From a virus: DNA of 64,000 nucleotides. Location: IMG/VR virus record IMGVR_UViG_3300000117_000009, positions 32,001-96,000 of that record; one strand, written 5' to 3'. Under the pieces are notes generated by a model. It was not told the origin of the DNA. It ran no database searches and saw only the letters and a program-made list of their open reading frames with translations. This document shows positions 18,678 to 28,900 of this stretch, piece by piece (positions within the stretch are counted from its first letter, which is position 1; the number at the start of each line of letters is the position of its first letter). Position numbers and translations under genes: made by a program.

Positions 18678-21600
18678 TTGATTTAATAACTCCACCAGAC
18701 AGGTTTGTTTCTCTTCATTCACACTCAACTTTTAGCACTTTTGATGGATTAGGATACCCATCAGATCATATAGACTTTGTTCTTTCTGAATCTCAAGGAA
18801 TGGATGCCTGGGGACTAACAGATCATGGCAATGGTAACGGTCTTGCTCATGCACATTCTCATGCTGTTAAAATGCAAAAGGCAGGCAAAAACTTTCGTCA
18901 AGTTTACGGTGTAGAGTTTTATTTTGTCCCCTCACTAGATCAATGGACTGATGATTATGCTGCACATCGTCAAGCTATTAAAGACGCAAAGACAGCTGCT
19001 GCTGCTGAAAAGAAAGGCAAAGAAAATATTGTCATTGACGCTGATGATGAAAGTGGCGGACTAGTTATAGAGGACGAAGATGAATCTAAAAAAATCGACA
19101 TTCTCAAAGACGAGTGGAAACGCCGATACCACTTAGTCATCACAGCAAGAAACAGAAAAGGCCTTAATAATCTATTTACACTTGTAAAGAAGTCGTATAA
19201 AGACGGATTCTATAGATACCCACGTGTTGACTTTAAAATGATTAAAGAACATGGAGAAGGCCTTCATATATCAACTGCATGTTTAGGCGGCATCTACAGC
19301 AACCGTATTCTTCGCGGTGTTGCACATGACAAATCACGTGACGAAATTCAAAAAGATCTACAAAACCTATCAGACAGATTTACAGACGCTGTTGGTATTG
19401 AAAACTTTAAATTAGAACTACAATTCAATAAGCTTAATAAACAGCATGTTGTTAATGACTACCTCATAGAACATCACAAACTAACTGGCATTCCTCTTAT
19501 TTCAACAGCAGATTCTCACTACCCGAGTAATGATAAGTGGCAAGCGAGAGAGTTGTATAAGAAGCTTGGATGGTTAGGCAAGAAGGATGGCATGACGCTA
19601 CCTGCTTTTGAAGATCTTAAGTGTGAGTTGTATCCTAAGAATGCTCAACAAATGTGGGATGAATTCTTAGAAGGCTATAAAGAACACGACTTCTACAAAG
19701 GGAATGAGCAACTTGTTAAAGAGTCGATAGAAAGAACACACGACATTGTCTGGAATGACTTTGAAGATACTTGGATAGATGTAAGTGCTAAACTCCCAAC
19801 AATATCAATACCTAACAAGACACCTTTCAAACACCTGTCAGATCTAGTTAAGAATGCTTTGGTTAGCGAAGGGTTGCATACTAATAAAGAGTATGTAGAT
19901 AGAGCTAAGTATGAATTGTCTGACATTAAGTATCTTGGGCACGAAGCTTACTTCATTACAATGTATGAGATCTTTAAAAAAGCAGAAACAAAGACATTAT
20001 TTGGGCCTGCGCGCGGGAGTGGCGGAGGCTCGTTAGTTAACTACTTATTAGGCATTACACAGCTTGACCCTATTCCTTATAACTTGCTTTGGAGTAGATT
20101 TTTAGGTAGGCATCGTGTTTCTTGGCCTGATATTGACACAGACGCTGGTGATCGAGATGAACTCATCAATGCAGCAAAGGAATTGTATGGCGATGATGCT
20201 GTTATTCCAGTATCAAACTTTAATACGCTTAAACTTAAATCACTTGTAAAAGACATTGCAAAGTTTTATGATATTCCGTTTGACGAAGTAAACAAAGTAA
20301 CTGGGCCTCTTCAAGATCAAGTTATGCAAAAAGCAATGGACAAGAATCAAGAAAAGTCTGTATTCGTTCTTAAACATGAAGACTGTATGAAATACTCACC
20401 AGAGTATAATGAATTTATGACAGAATATCCTGAGGTCGCTGAACATGTTGAGACTTTGTTTATGCAGAATAGAGCTATCGGTAGACACGCAGGCGGTGTA
20501 ATAATAGCTGATGCTGATTCTCTTGCAGAGTCAATGCCAATTGTTGGTGTTCGTGGAGAACTACAAACTCCCTGGACAGAAGGCATGAACTTTAGAAATC
20601 TTGAAGATAATGGTTTTCTTAAGTTTGATTTCTTAGGCTTAACATTGCTTAAAGACGTAGAAAACTGCATCTATAGGATTCTCAAAAAGCAAGGAAATAA
20701 TAATCCTACATTCACAGATGCAAGAGCATTCTTTGATAAACATTTAAACTGTAGGTTTGTTAAACAAAATGATCCTAAAGTTTGGGAACATGTATACAAA
20801 GACGGAAAGTTTTGTGGAATATTTCAATTTACAGCGCCTGGTGCTAGAAACTTTGCAAAGGAAGCAGAACCTGATTCTATTGAAGAACTAGCAGCTTTAA
20901 CAGCTATATACAGACCCGGTCCACTTAAAGCAAATGTGCATAAGAAGTATGTTAAAGCAAAAAGAAACGCTTCAGAAATTAAGTATGATCACCCTATTAT
21001 TGAAAAGATATTAGGGCCTACGTTTAACTACGTAGTTTTTCAAGAGCAGTTTATGCTACTAGCACAGGAGCTAAGTGGATTTGACCCAGGCGAAGCTGAT
21101 AAGCTTAGAAAAACTCTGGTTAAGAAGTCACTAGATACACTTCATTCTAAAGGTTCAGAAAAAGCAATTGCTAGAGAAAAGTTTATCAAGGGTGCTAAAG
21201 AATTAAACGATGTTCCGGAGTCAGTATCATCTAAGTTATGGGAAGACATAGAAAATTTTGCTGTTTACGGCTTTAACAAGTCTCACGCAGTTGCATATGC
21301 TATTGGTTCATATTACGCAGCTTGGTTGCATACGCATCACGAGACTGAGTGGCTGGCTGCAATATTACAGTCTGAAAATGGTAATCCTAAAGGCATGTCA
21401 AAAGCCATTTCAGAGATTAAGTCGTTTGGGTATGAGATTGCTGCAATAGATATAAATCACTCTGAAGCAGAATGGGAATATTCTGAAGTGTTGAAAGCTT
21501 TTGTTCCGCCACTAACATCGCTCAAAGGAGTAGGAGATAAAGCTGTTGAAGAAGTATTTGCGAATAGACCATACAAAAATTTAAATACTCTATTTTATGA

Positions 21601-22246
21601 TGCAGAAGGAGTATGGAAACATTCCAAGTTAAACAAGACAGCTTTTTCTTCGCTAGCGAAGATGGAAGCATTTAAGTCTCTTGACGAGTTTAAAACTGAC
21701 GAATTGGATAATCACAAGCAACTCCATGATTTAATACTTGATAACTATACTACTCTCAAGAAAGGTTATTGGGGAATGACAAAAACTGCAGTAAAAAGAG
21801 CAAAAAAGAATCAAGAAGAAATTGTTCCAATTGTTGAAGATTTATTGACAAAGTATCGAGTTGTTTCTGACTGGAATAGATCAGAAAAAATTAGGAATTA
21901 TTTTGATCTCAGCAATGATGCAAGTGACGACCTCCTGTTTCCACCAAGTTTAATTAAAAAGTTAAACGACAAGCAAATCAACAGCGTCTTTGATATACCT
22001 GCAGGTGAAAGAGGAATTGGCTGGTTTACAGTGACAGAAGTTATTCATAAGACAACAAAAAACAACAAGGCGTTTATGCGATGGAAGTGTGTTGACTCAG
22101 ATAATCGTAGCGGATGGTTAAGAGTTTGGGGTAGTGTTGAAGATGGTGTTGAGTTTAGTACATGGCTTGCTGACGTAAAGAATGATGCTGGATGGGGTAT
22201 GTCATCTACACTTGCTAAACTTAAAAAGATTAATGCGTTTGATTAA
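18671..22246 (+). CDS. dnaE: DNA polymerase III alpha subunit (family C)
   Basis: PHP domain HSHS/TDHG/GVE/TACLGG/DSHY; RGSGGGSLV, PDIDTD, RHAGG, KFDFLGL, RPGP, YGFNKSHA; TTG start. Confidence 0.96.
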   Translation: MSIDLITPPDRFVSLHSHSTFSTFDGLGYPSDHIDFVLSESQGMDAWGLTDHGNGNGLAHAHSHAVKMQKAGKNFRQVYGVEFYFVPSLDQWTDDYAAHRQAIKDAKTAAAAEKKGKENIVIDADDESGGLVIEDEDESKKIDILKDEWKRRYHLVITARNRKGLNNLFTLVKKSYKDGFYRYPRVDFKMIKEHGEGLHISTACLGGIYSNRILRGVAHDKSRDEIQKDLQNLSDRFTDAVGIENFKLELQFNKLNKQHVVNDYLIEHHKLTGIPLISTADSHYPSNDKWQARELYKKLGWLGKKDGMTLPAFEDLKCELYPKNAQQMWDEFLEGYKEHDFYKGNEQLVKESIERTHDIVWNDFEDTWIDVSAKLPTISIPNKTPFKHLSDLVKNALVSEGLHTNKEYVDRAKYELSDIKYLGHEAYFITMYEIFKKAETKTLFGPARGSGGGSLVNYLLGITQLDPIPYNLLWSRFLGRHRVSWPDIDTDAGDRDELINAAKELYGDDAVIPVSNFNTLKLKSLVKDIAKFYDIPFDEVNKVTGPLQDQVMQKAMDKNQEKSVFVLKHEDCMKYSPEYNEFMTEYPEVAEHVETLFMQNRAIGRHAGGVIIADADSLAESMPIVGVRGELQTPWTEGMNFRNLEDNGFLKFDFLGLTLLKDVENCIYRILKKQGNNNPTFTDARAFFDKHLNCRFVKQNDPKVWEHVYKDGKFCGIFQFTAPGARNFAKEAEPDSIEELAALTAIYRPGPLKANVHKKYVKAKRNASEIKYDHPIIEKILGPTFNYVVFQEQFMLLAQELSGFDPGEADKLRKTLVKKSLDTLHSKGSEKAIAREKFIKGAKELNDVPESVSSKLWEDIENFAVYGFNKSHAVAYAIGSYYAAWLHTHHETEWLAAILQSENGNPKGMSKAISEIKSFGYEIAAIDINHSEAEWEYSEVLKAFVPPLTSLKGVGDKAVEEVFANRPYKNLNTLFYDAEGVWKHSKLNKTAFSSLAKMEAFKSLDEFKTDELDNHKQLHDLILDNYTTLKKGYWGMTKTAVKRAKKNQEEIVPIVEDLLTKYRVVSDWNRSEKIRNYFDLSNDASDDLLFPPSLIKKLNDKQINSVFDIPAGERGIGWFTVTEVIHKTTKNNKAFMRWKCVDSDNRSGWLRVWGSVEDGVEFSTWLADVKNDAGWGMSSTLAKLKKINAFD

Positions 22247-22258
22247 ACGTATTAGATG

Positions 22259-22570
22259 CTAGAATGACATCATTTCTATAGGTGTTACTCCAAGCTTTAA
22301 TAGCTTTTCTTTATACATCGATTTAAATTTTAATTTCATCTCATGTCTTAGTTTATTGTCGTTTATTTCGTCTGCTTTTTGCATATTCAACCTGTACATT
22401 GCTAGTAAAGTTTCTTTATCTGCAGTTTCACTATTATTAGGTCCAGGCCCTAAAGCTTGAATAGGATCTGAACCCATGTGTCCATGACCACCTGACAGGT
22501 CGTCGCTATAGTGAGATTCTTTTATAGCACTTCTAATGATTGAGCGTAAACGTCTTTCTGTGATTTTCAT
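22259..22570 (-). CDS. Small tagged protein (probable internal virion protein)
   Basis: MKITERRLRSIIRSAIKES; AGGAG RBS. Confidence 0.65.
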   Translation of the reverse strand: MKITERRLRSIIRSAIKESHYSDDLSGGHGHMGSDPIQALGPGPNNSETADKETLLAMYRLNMQKADEINDNKLRHEMKLKFKSMYKEKLLKLGVTPIEMMSF

Positions 22571-22652
22571 ATTTGTTTTCTCCTAAAATATGTTTTTAAA
22601 TATGATAAAATTTTATATTTTTATTTATAATATAAAATAAAAAAGGTTTTAA

Positions 22653-23543
22653 ATGAGATTTTTCAATATTAATATCGAAGGCCCTGATTGCAGTGGCAAA
22701 ACAACTTTATACAGTCAGCTGCACAAAGAAACTAATTTTAAATATAACATTCAAGACAGAAGTTGTATGTCTATGTTTGTTTATGCAAAGATGTATGGAA
22801 GAGAAGATGCATCACTTTGGTTTGATAAAATTTTAGACGACCTTAAGCGACTAGACACACTTTACATACTTCTTTTACCTTCAGAAAAAACAATTCTTAA
22901 TAGACTACAAAAAAGAGGCGATGATTTTCAAGATAAAGACAGCATTTTAAAAGTAAGAAGTTATTTTAGAAATATTGCAAAAATGGGTTTTGGTTCCTAT
23001 CCTAACGTTTTAGTTTTAGAAGAAGATGATTTAGAAACAAATATAAACAAAACATTACAGTTTATAAACGCTCTAAACGAAATGCCTGGTCAAGAACTAA
23101 TCAAGTCTTTAGTGTTTAGCAGTGGTAGAAATGAATTGATTGATGTACAATGTAAAGAAGAAGTTAATAGAAATCATTTGGATTTAACTGTATTAGACTT
23201 TCCTCAAGAAAAAGAGTATTACGAAAAAATTGAGTTTGAGTTTTTTAATAAAATTTTTAGAGAGTTTGTTGGACTAAACGAACGCAATCAAGCACAAAAG
23301 CATGATAGCAGAAGATTTATCTATACTAGTGATAGTTGTATATCAATGATTCACGTTTTATGGCGCCAAAATAAATTAAATGTATTGGCAACCCTAAGAT
23401 CTTCAAACGTATCAAAAACTTTATGGGCTGATTATGAATTTCTTAAGATACTTAGTGTTAAAACTGCCAAAGAAATGTCTTTACCTGAAGATTGTGTTAT
23501 AAAACTTACAGTTGATATTCGATCGGCACATATAGTACCTTAG
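22653..23543 (+). CDS. Fusion of dNMP kinase (P-loop) and thymidylate-synthase (ThyA)-superfamily domain
   Basis: IEGPDCSGKTT, QDRS, RLQKRGDD; C-terminal half DSRR, SCIS (catalytic Cys), LRSSNVSKTLWAD, SAHI. Confidence 0.78.
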   Translation: MRFFNINIEGPDCSGKTTLYSQLHKETNFKYNIQDRSCMSMFVYAKMYGREDASLWFDKILDDLKRLDTLYILLLPSEKTILNRLQKRGDDFQDKDSILKVRSYFRNIAKMGFGSYPNVLVLEEDDLETNINKTLQFINALNEMPGQELIKSLVFSSGRNELIDVQCKEEVNRNHLDLTVLDFPQEKEYYEKIEFEFFNKIFREFVGLNERNQAQKHDSRRFIYTSDSCISMIHVLWRQNKLNVLATLRSSNVSKTLWADYEFLKILSVKTAKEMSLPEDCVIKLTVDIRSAHIVP

Positions 23544-23552
23544 AGAATTTTT

Positions 23553-24125
23553 ATGAACCCACAATTTATAATTTATACTGGCCCGATGTTTGGGTCAAAA
23601 ACAACAAGATTAATGTCTGATATCGATCGATCCTTATATAAAGGTCGTAAAGTAATAGCTTTCAAAGCTAAAAAAGACAATAGATATACAAAAGAAACAA
23701 TTAGTACACATACTGGTGCAACATATCCAGCATTTTGCATAAACCATGCTGAAGAGATATTGTGTTATGTAAACGAAGACATACATAATTCAAACACAAT
23801 AGTCGCTGTTGACGAAGCTTTTATGATTCAGGATATTGACTCTGTTTTGATTTCTTTATATCGTAAAGGTGTTAATATAATTGTGTCATCAATTCAATTA
23901 GACGCAAACGAGATACCTTTTGAGAACATAAAAAACATGATGCCTTGGGCGACAAAAATCGAAATTTGTCCAGCTGTCTGTACGATCTGTGACCAGGATG
24001 CATATTTTACAGAAGCTATGTTTGATATTAACAGTGCAACACAAGAAGAAAGAATTGGCTCGTTTGGAATGTATGAGCCAAGATGTGCAACCCACTACAC
24101 TAGTTTTAGAGAGACTAAAGATTGA
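23553..24125 (+). CDS. tdk: Thymidine kinase (type II)
   Basis: GPMFGSKTT, DNRY, VDEAF, CTIC...YEPRC..H. Confidence 0.92.
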   Translation: MNPQFIIYTGPMFGSKTTRLMSDIDRSLYKGRKVIAFKAKKDNRYTKETISTHTGATYPAFCINHAEEILCYVNEDIHNSNTIVAVDEAFMIQDIDSVLISLYRKGVNIIVSSIQLDANEIPFENIKNMMPWATKIEICPAVCTICDQDAYFTEAMFDINSATQEERIGSFGMYEPRCATHYTSFRETKD

Positions 24126-25015
24126 AAAAAATTAATGTACCAATTATTCCGAAAGATTTAGGCACAAGGTTCAAGTCGTCAGATATCTGGTTTGTTTGTC
24201 AAACAAACAAATTTGTAAAATCAATTAGACCGCCAAAGTATTCTAGCTTATATAACGGTAAAGCTCATCAAAGATTTGAAGAAGCTTATAGAAAGCATAT
24301 TAAAAATTATCCTGACAATATGTCATTTGTAAAAGCAAGCCTCTTTAATGCGACTAACATTGTAACGCCTAAGCAGATCTTGTTAAATCAAGGTTACACT
24401 TACTATTTTAAACTTTTACCTGAGCAAATCGAAAAATGCCTATTTTCAGTCACTATAGATGGTGAAAATGCTTTAGTAAAAGGTATTCAGGGTTTTGCAG
24501 GAGTATATAAGGTATGGAATGAGAGAAAAGACACATGTACTGAAGTAACATCTTATAGTGACAAGCCAAGTGATAATATTGAAGTTATTATTCCATTTAA
24601 AGTTAAACCTCAATATTACATACCAGAAGTCAAAAAAAGGACTTTTTATCACGGAAGTTTACAAAGATTTAGTTCTTTAAACAAGTTTTCTTACGTAACA
24701 CCTTACAAAGAAGACGCGATTAAATTTGCAATACCTTGGTCATCAGACGAGTTGCTTATAAAAGACAGAGAAATGTCAGATTTAGGTCGGCCGCCTAAGT
24801 GCCTTTACTTTAAAAGAGATATAGAAATAGAAGATAGTAAAGTTTATTTATACGCTATAAAAGGTATTGACACAATTAGCTCTGGAACAAATACAGGAAA
24901 AATCTTTCCTTGGAATAGAATAACATTAAAAGAAGCGTCTGAAGAAGATAAAAGTCTTAAACTTGAAAAGAAGATTATGTCTTGGAAAAAAGTGTTATCA
25001 GCTATTAACATTTAA
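24122..25015 (+). CDS. Two-domain protein with C-terminal Arr-like ADP-ribosyltransferase motifs
   Basis: FYHGS...SYVTP..EDAIKFA...VYLY. Confidence 0.5.
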   Translation: MKKINVPIIPKDLGTRFKSSDIWFVCQTNKFVKSIRPPKYSSLYNGKAHQRFEEAYRKHIKNYPDNMSFVKASLFNATNIVTPKQILLNQGYTYYFKLLPEQIEKCLFSVTIDGENALVKGIQGFAGVYKVWNERKDTCTEVTSYSDKPSDNIEVIIPFKVKPQYYIPEVKKRTFYHGSLQRFSSLNKFSYVTPYKEDAIKFAIPWSSDELLIKDREMSDLGRPPKCLYFKRDIEIEDSKVYLYAIKGIDTISSGTNTGKIFPWNRITLKEASEEDKSLKLEKKIMSWKKVLSAINI

Positions 25016-25469
25016 CAGGCGTATATTCTATATTACTGTCATGTTTTTTTAGATCAATTCTAACTTGCTCTAACGTATCTTCCCTGTCATCCCAAAACTT
25101 AACGTAAGTTATATTATCATTTGCACATATTTCATCTAATATTACATGAGACTTATAAATTGGTGCTCTTTCTTTTCTGTAAGCAGACTTAAAGTAACAT
25201 TGATCAAAATCGTTTAAAGACATATTGTTTTGATTTAAAAGCTCTTCTGTTGACATTATATATTCAGATTTATTTGTTCTTGCTGTGCAAAGTATTACTC
25301 TTGTTTGAGAATTACCTAGAGAGTTTTGAAGTTCAGCAACAATATTTTCTATCCAATCTTCTTTTTTATGATCGTATAACGTCATATCAAAGTCATAAAT
25401 ATGTAATGTATTTATTGGTTCTTTTTTTATAATATACTTTATGTAGTTTTCCAGTAGTAAATTAGACAT
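25005..25469 (-). CDS. HAD-family phosphatase; start revised to MSNLLLENYIK
   Basis: YDFDMTL, LCTAR, K, FWDDR motifs; GAGG RBS upstream of ATG at 25469. Confidence 0.75.
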   Translation of the reverse strand: MSNLLLENYIKYIIKKEPINTLHIYDFDMTLYDHKKEDWIENIVAELQNSLGNSQTRVILCTARTNKSEYIMSTEELLNQNNMSLNDFDQCYFKSAYRKERAPIYKSHVILDEICANDNITYVKFWDDREDTLEQVRIDLKKHDSNIEYTPVKC

Positions 25470-25488
25470 AAAACCTCGGAGTAATTTA

Positions 25489-25908
25489 ATGGTAGATATA
25501 AATAGGCCTTCATGGGACAAAATTTGGATGCAAATGGCAGAAACTATTGCTCAACGTAGCCATCACCCAACTTTTAAAGTAGGTGCACTTATAGTAACGT
25601 CAGATAATACGCAAGTTCTTTCCTTAGGATATAATGGTCGCGCAGCAGGAATGTCAAACGTACCTCAATCTGATGAACCTGGGTGTAGTGGTTTATTGCA
25701 TGCTGAAATTAATGCGTTGCTTAAACTTGACTATAATAATCCTAAAGATAAGGTAATGTACATTACACTAAGCCCTTGCGAAAATTGTGCAATGGCAATT
25801 ATAAATAGCGGCATAAAAAAAGTAGTGTACAAAGATGAGTATAGAGACATGTCAGGTGTAGATTTATTGAGAAAAGCAAATATTACTGTTAATAATATAT
25901 ATTTATAG
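25489..25908 (+). CDS. dCMP deaminase
   Basis: RPSWD, KVGA, GYNG, HAEINAL, SPCENC. Confidence 0.92.
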   Translation: MVDINRPSWDKIWMQMAETIAQRSHHPTFKVGALIVTSDNTQVLSLGYNGRAAGMSNVPQSDEPGCSGLLHAEINALLKLDYNNPKDKVMYITLSPCENCAMAIINSGIKKVVYKDEYRDMSGVDLLRKANITVNNIYL

Positions 25909-25933
25909 TAAAACAATATATAAAGAGGAAAGT

Positions 25934-28900
25934 ATGCAACATAGTTTATCAAAAATGCTTTTTGAAGATCAAGATCCTGCAAAAGATCTTATGGTTGATA
26001 TTACTAAAGCACGTGCCGTTTTAAAAGAAAATCGTCATATATTAAAAGAAAACTACGATTATTCAGATGAAGAAATTAATTGTCTAATTGAATCAGGAAG
26101 GCTTGATGAGATTGTGCCTCTTTTGGCTGCAATTCCTGGCGCGTTAGCTACTGCAGGTAGAGTAGCAGGTGCTGCTGCAAACACTGGTATTAAAATTGCA
26201 GCCAATGCAGCAAAATCAACAGCACAAGCTGCAGCTACTGGTGTTAGAATTGCTGCTCAAACTACAGTAAAAGCTGCTAAAGAAGTAGGAAAGCAGGCAG
26301 GCAAAACAATTATAAAAAAAGGTAAAAATATGGCGGTTGATGCAGCATCTAATTTAAAAGATAAAATCTCTTCTGAAGAAGAAGAAGAAGAATCAACTAG
26401 TGAGGCTATAGAAGAAGCGTTAAAAACTTTTAGTTTAAAAGGTGTAAATATTTTAAATGAAGAAAATATTTCTTCTTCTGCAAGTCAAGGTGACAAAGAA
26501 GGTGATCAAAAAGATGCTGAAGAAGGTGATCAAAAAGATGCTGAAGAAACAAAAAAGTCTGACGAAGAGAAAAAGTCTGACGAAGAGAAAAAGTCTGACG
26601 AAGAGAAAAAAGTTGGTGATACATTAGACATTAGCGATTTAATAGCAGAAAAATCCATTTCACATGCAAATATAATTAAAATAGCTAAAAGATCATTGGA
26701 AAATATTAAAAATCAACAAAACATTGTTAATATGAGAAAAGAATTTTCTCGTTATGATATTGAAAATCTAAGTGAAGAGGAAACAGAAAAACTTAAAGAA
26801 TATATTGAAAAGCTACAAGACGATCATCCAGAAGGAATGATAGATAGATCAAACTTTAAAAGCTTTTTAACTAAGCCACACCCTCAACCTGTTATTGGAA
26901 AAGCCATTATTAATCCTTTACAAATGAGATCAGGAGCAGATCAAAAAATAGCAGTTGATCCAGCAGATATTAAATTTTATCAAAAAAATAAAATTATACC
27001 TTTCATGATTAATTATCAAACGCAAGAGGGTCTGCAGACATTATCAGGACACTCACAAAAAAATGATTATGTTGTTGTTTTTATTGCACCAGCATTTGGT
27101 GCTTTATTAAATGAAAAAGATGTAGAAACATATAAAGCTTTTTTCCCAAACTATTCAGCTGAAGTTAATTTAGGTGAAGGACATGTAGTAATAGACTGTG
27201 ATGAAATTGCTTTTATGTATGTTGATCCAGTAAAAGAATTGCCAAAGCTTCAAACTTCTTTTATGTCTAAAGCACAAGAAATATTAAATAGAACTGAGAC
27301 TAGGAAAAGTGATGGTAAACCTAGTGAACAAGCCGTTAGTCAAGAAACACAAGATTCTTCTAGCGGAAAAACAAACGAAAGTATTTATAACAAGTTTATC
27401 TATCAAGGTGGAATATCACAGCTTTTAAATGAAAAAAATTCTTCGCTAGATGTTTTAAAATTTGTAAACGTAGCTAAGAACGAAAAGCCTCAGGATTTTG
27501 ATGAAGCAAGCTATCAATCTAGCTGGGAAAATTCAATGCTTGCCGAAAAATCAATTAATGTTATAAGAGACAGTTATTCTTCTTATTTACAAGTTCAAAA
27601 AGAAGAATACGAAGAAAAACAAGATAAAGACTCTCAAGAAAAAGCTGGTATGATTGGTAACTTTATACAAGCAGGCGGGAATATAACAAAAGGTTCAACA
27701 CAAGCATTTGGTTTATATGCTACAATTGGTAGCATTCCAGGTATTGGCGCTATAGGTGCAGGTGCTGCAGGTACAGCAGCACTGACTATGCTGCCTTATG
27801 TTATAGGTCTTTCTGTAGCAATGCCTGCCTTAACTAAAGGTGCATCTCTAGGTGCAAAAGCTTACACTTCATTTACATCAAGAAAAAGAGAAAAAGAGTT
27901 AAACAAATCAGAGCTAGATGATCAAATAAAAATAGTTCTTAAGCAACAAACGCAAGACGTTGGTTTCAACAGTATAGGGGACGAAGTTCAGAAGCTTGAT
28001 ACAGTTTTTAGTAGTATAAAACAAAAATTTACTAATGAAAAATATTACGCTGAAGATGGAAAAGGCGTTGACTCTGACTCTGAAGACTATCATAAGATCT
28101 CGACACGAGACTTTATGAAAGTATGTAACAAAAAACAATTATCATTTACTGAAATTAGCGACTTTTCAGGGTCAGAAAAAAAACAATCGGTGTTTACTGA
28201 CTTTTTAATTGGTTGTAACAAAGCTTTAAATGTAATTGATATTGAAATTGACGAAGTTGCAGGTATGGAAATTCAGACAAAAACAGGTAAAGATAATTTA
28301 TTGCAACGCGAAATTGATTTTGATAACAAACCTATTTTGAAAGAAGTAGTTGAGACAATGATGAAAGAGGTTGAAAAATTTCCAGCAGTTACTTTTAGAG
28401 ATCGAATGATGAAATCAGGTATTATTGCTAGACTTAAGTTAGGCGAGCTAGAGGCAGCTCAAAAAATGATAGAAGATCTTCAATCGTCTAGGTGGTCTGC
28501 AAGGTCCGAAAAGGTTTTAAAACCAAAAGAAAACGAAACAGAAGAAGAAGTATTGTCAGATATGTCTGAATTTTTAAATATACCAAAAGAAAATATTGCA
28601 AACGAATTTGAGTCTTCAAGAATAATGCCTATTACAAGCAGTATGATTGAAGCAATAATTGCTCTTCAAAGTGTTGTTTATAAAAATATGCGTTTAAGCC
28701 TTTCCAAACCCTTAGACGAACAAAATTTTAAAATTGATCAAGATATAAAGATTGTTGACTCCATTGAAAAAGAAAAGCAAAATACAGTTATGTGGAATGG
28801 TGCTGAAAAAATTGCATATATGATTTTACCTAAAAATGATTTTGAAATTCCTAAAGGTTTGAATCTCAAAGGTGATAACGCTCAATCGTTTCAAGATTTA

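Noticed and set aside
18671-22246. Intein or intron in dnaE
   Set aside because: Length is normal, polymerase motifs are contiguous, and no C...HN/(C,S,T) splice motifs or LAGLIDADG blocks were seen.
26498-26605. Short repeats as a CRISPR array
   Set aside because: Head-to-tail in-frame coding repeats with no spacers and no cas genes.
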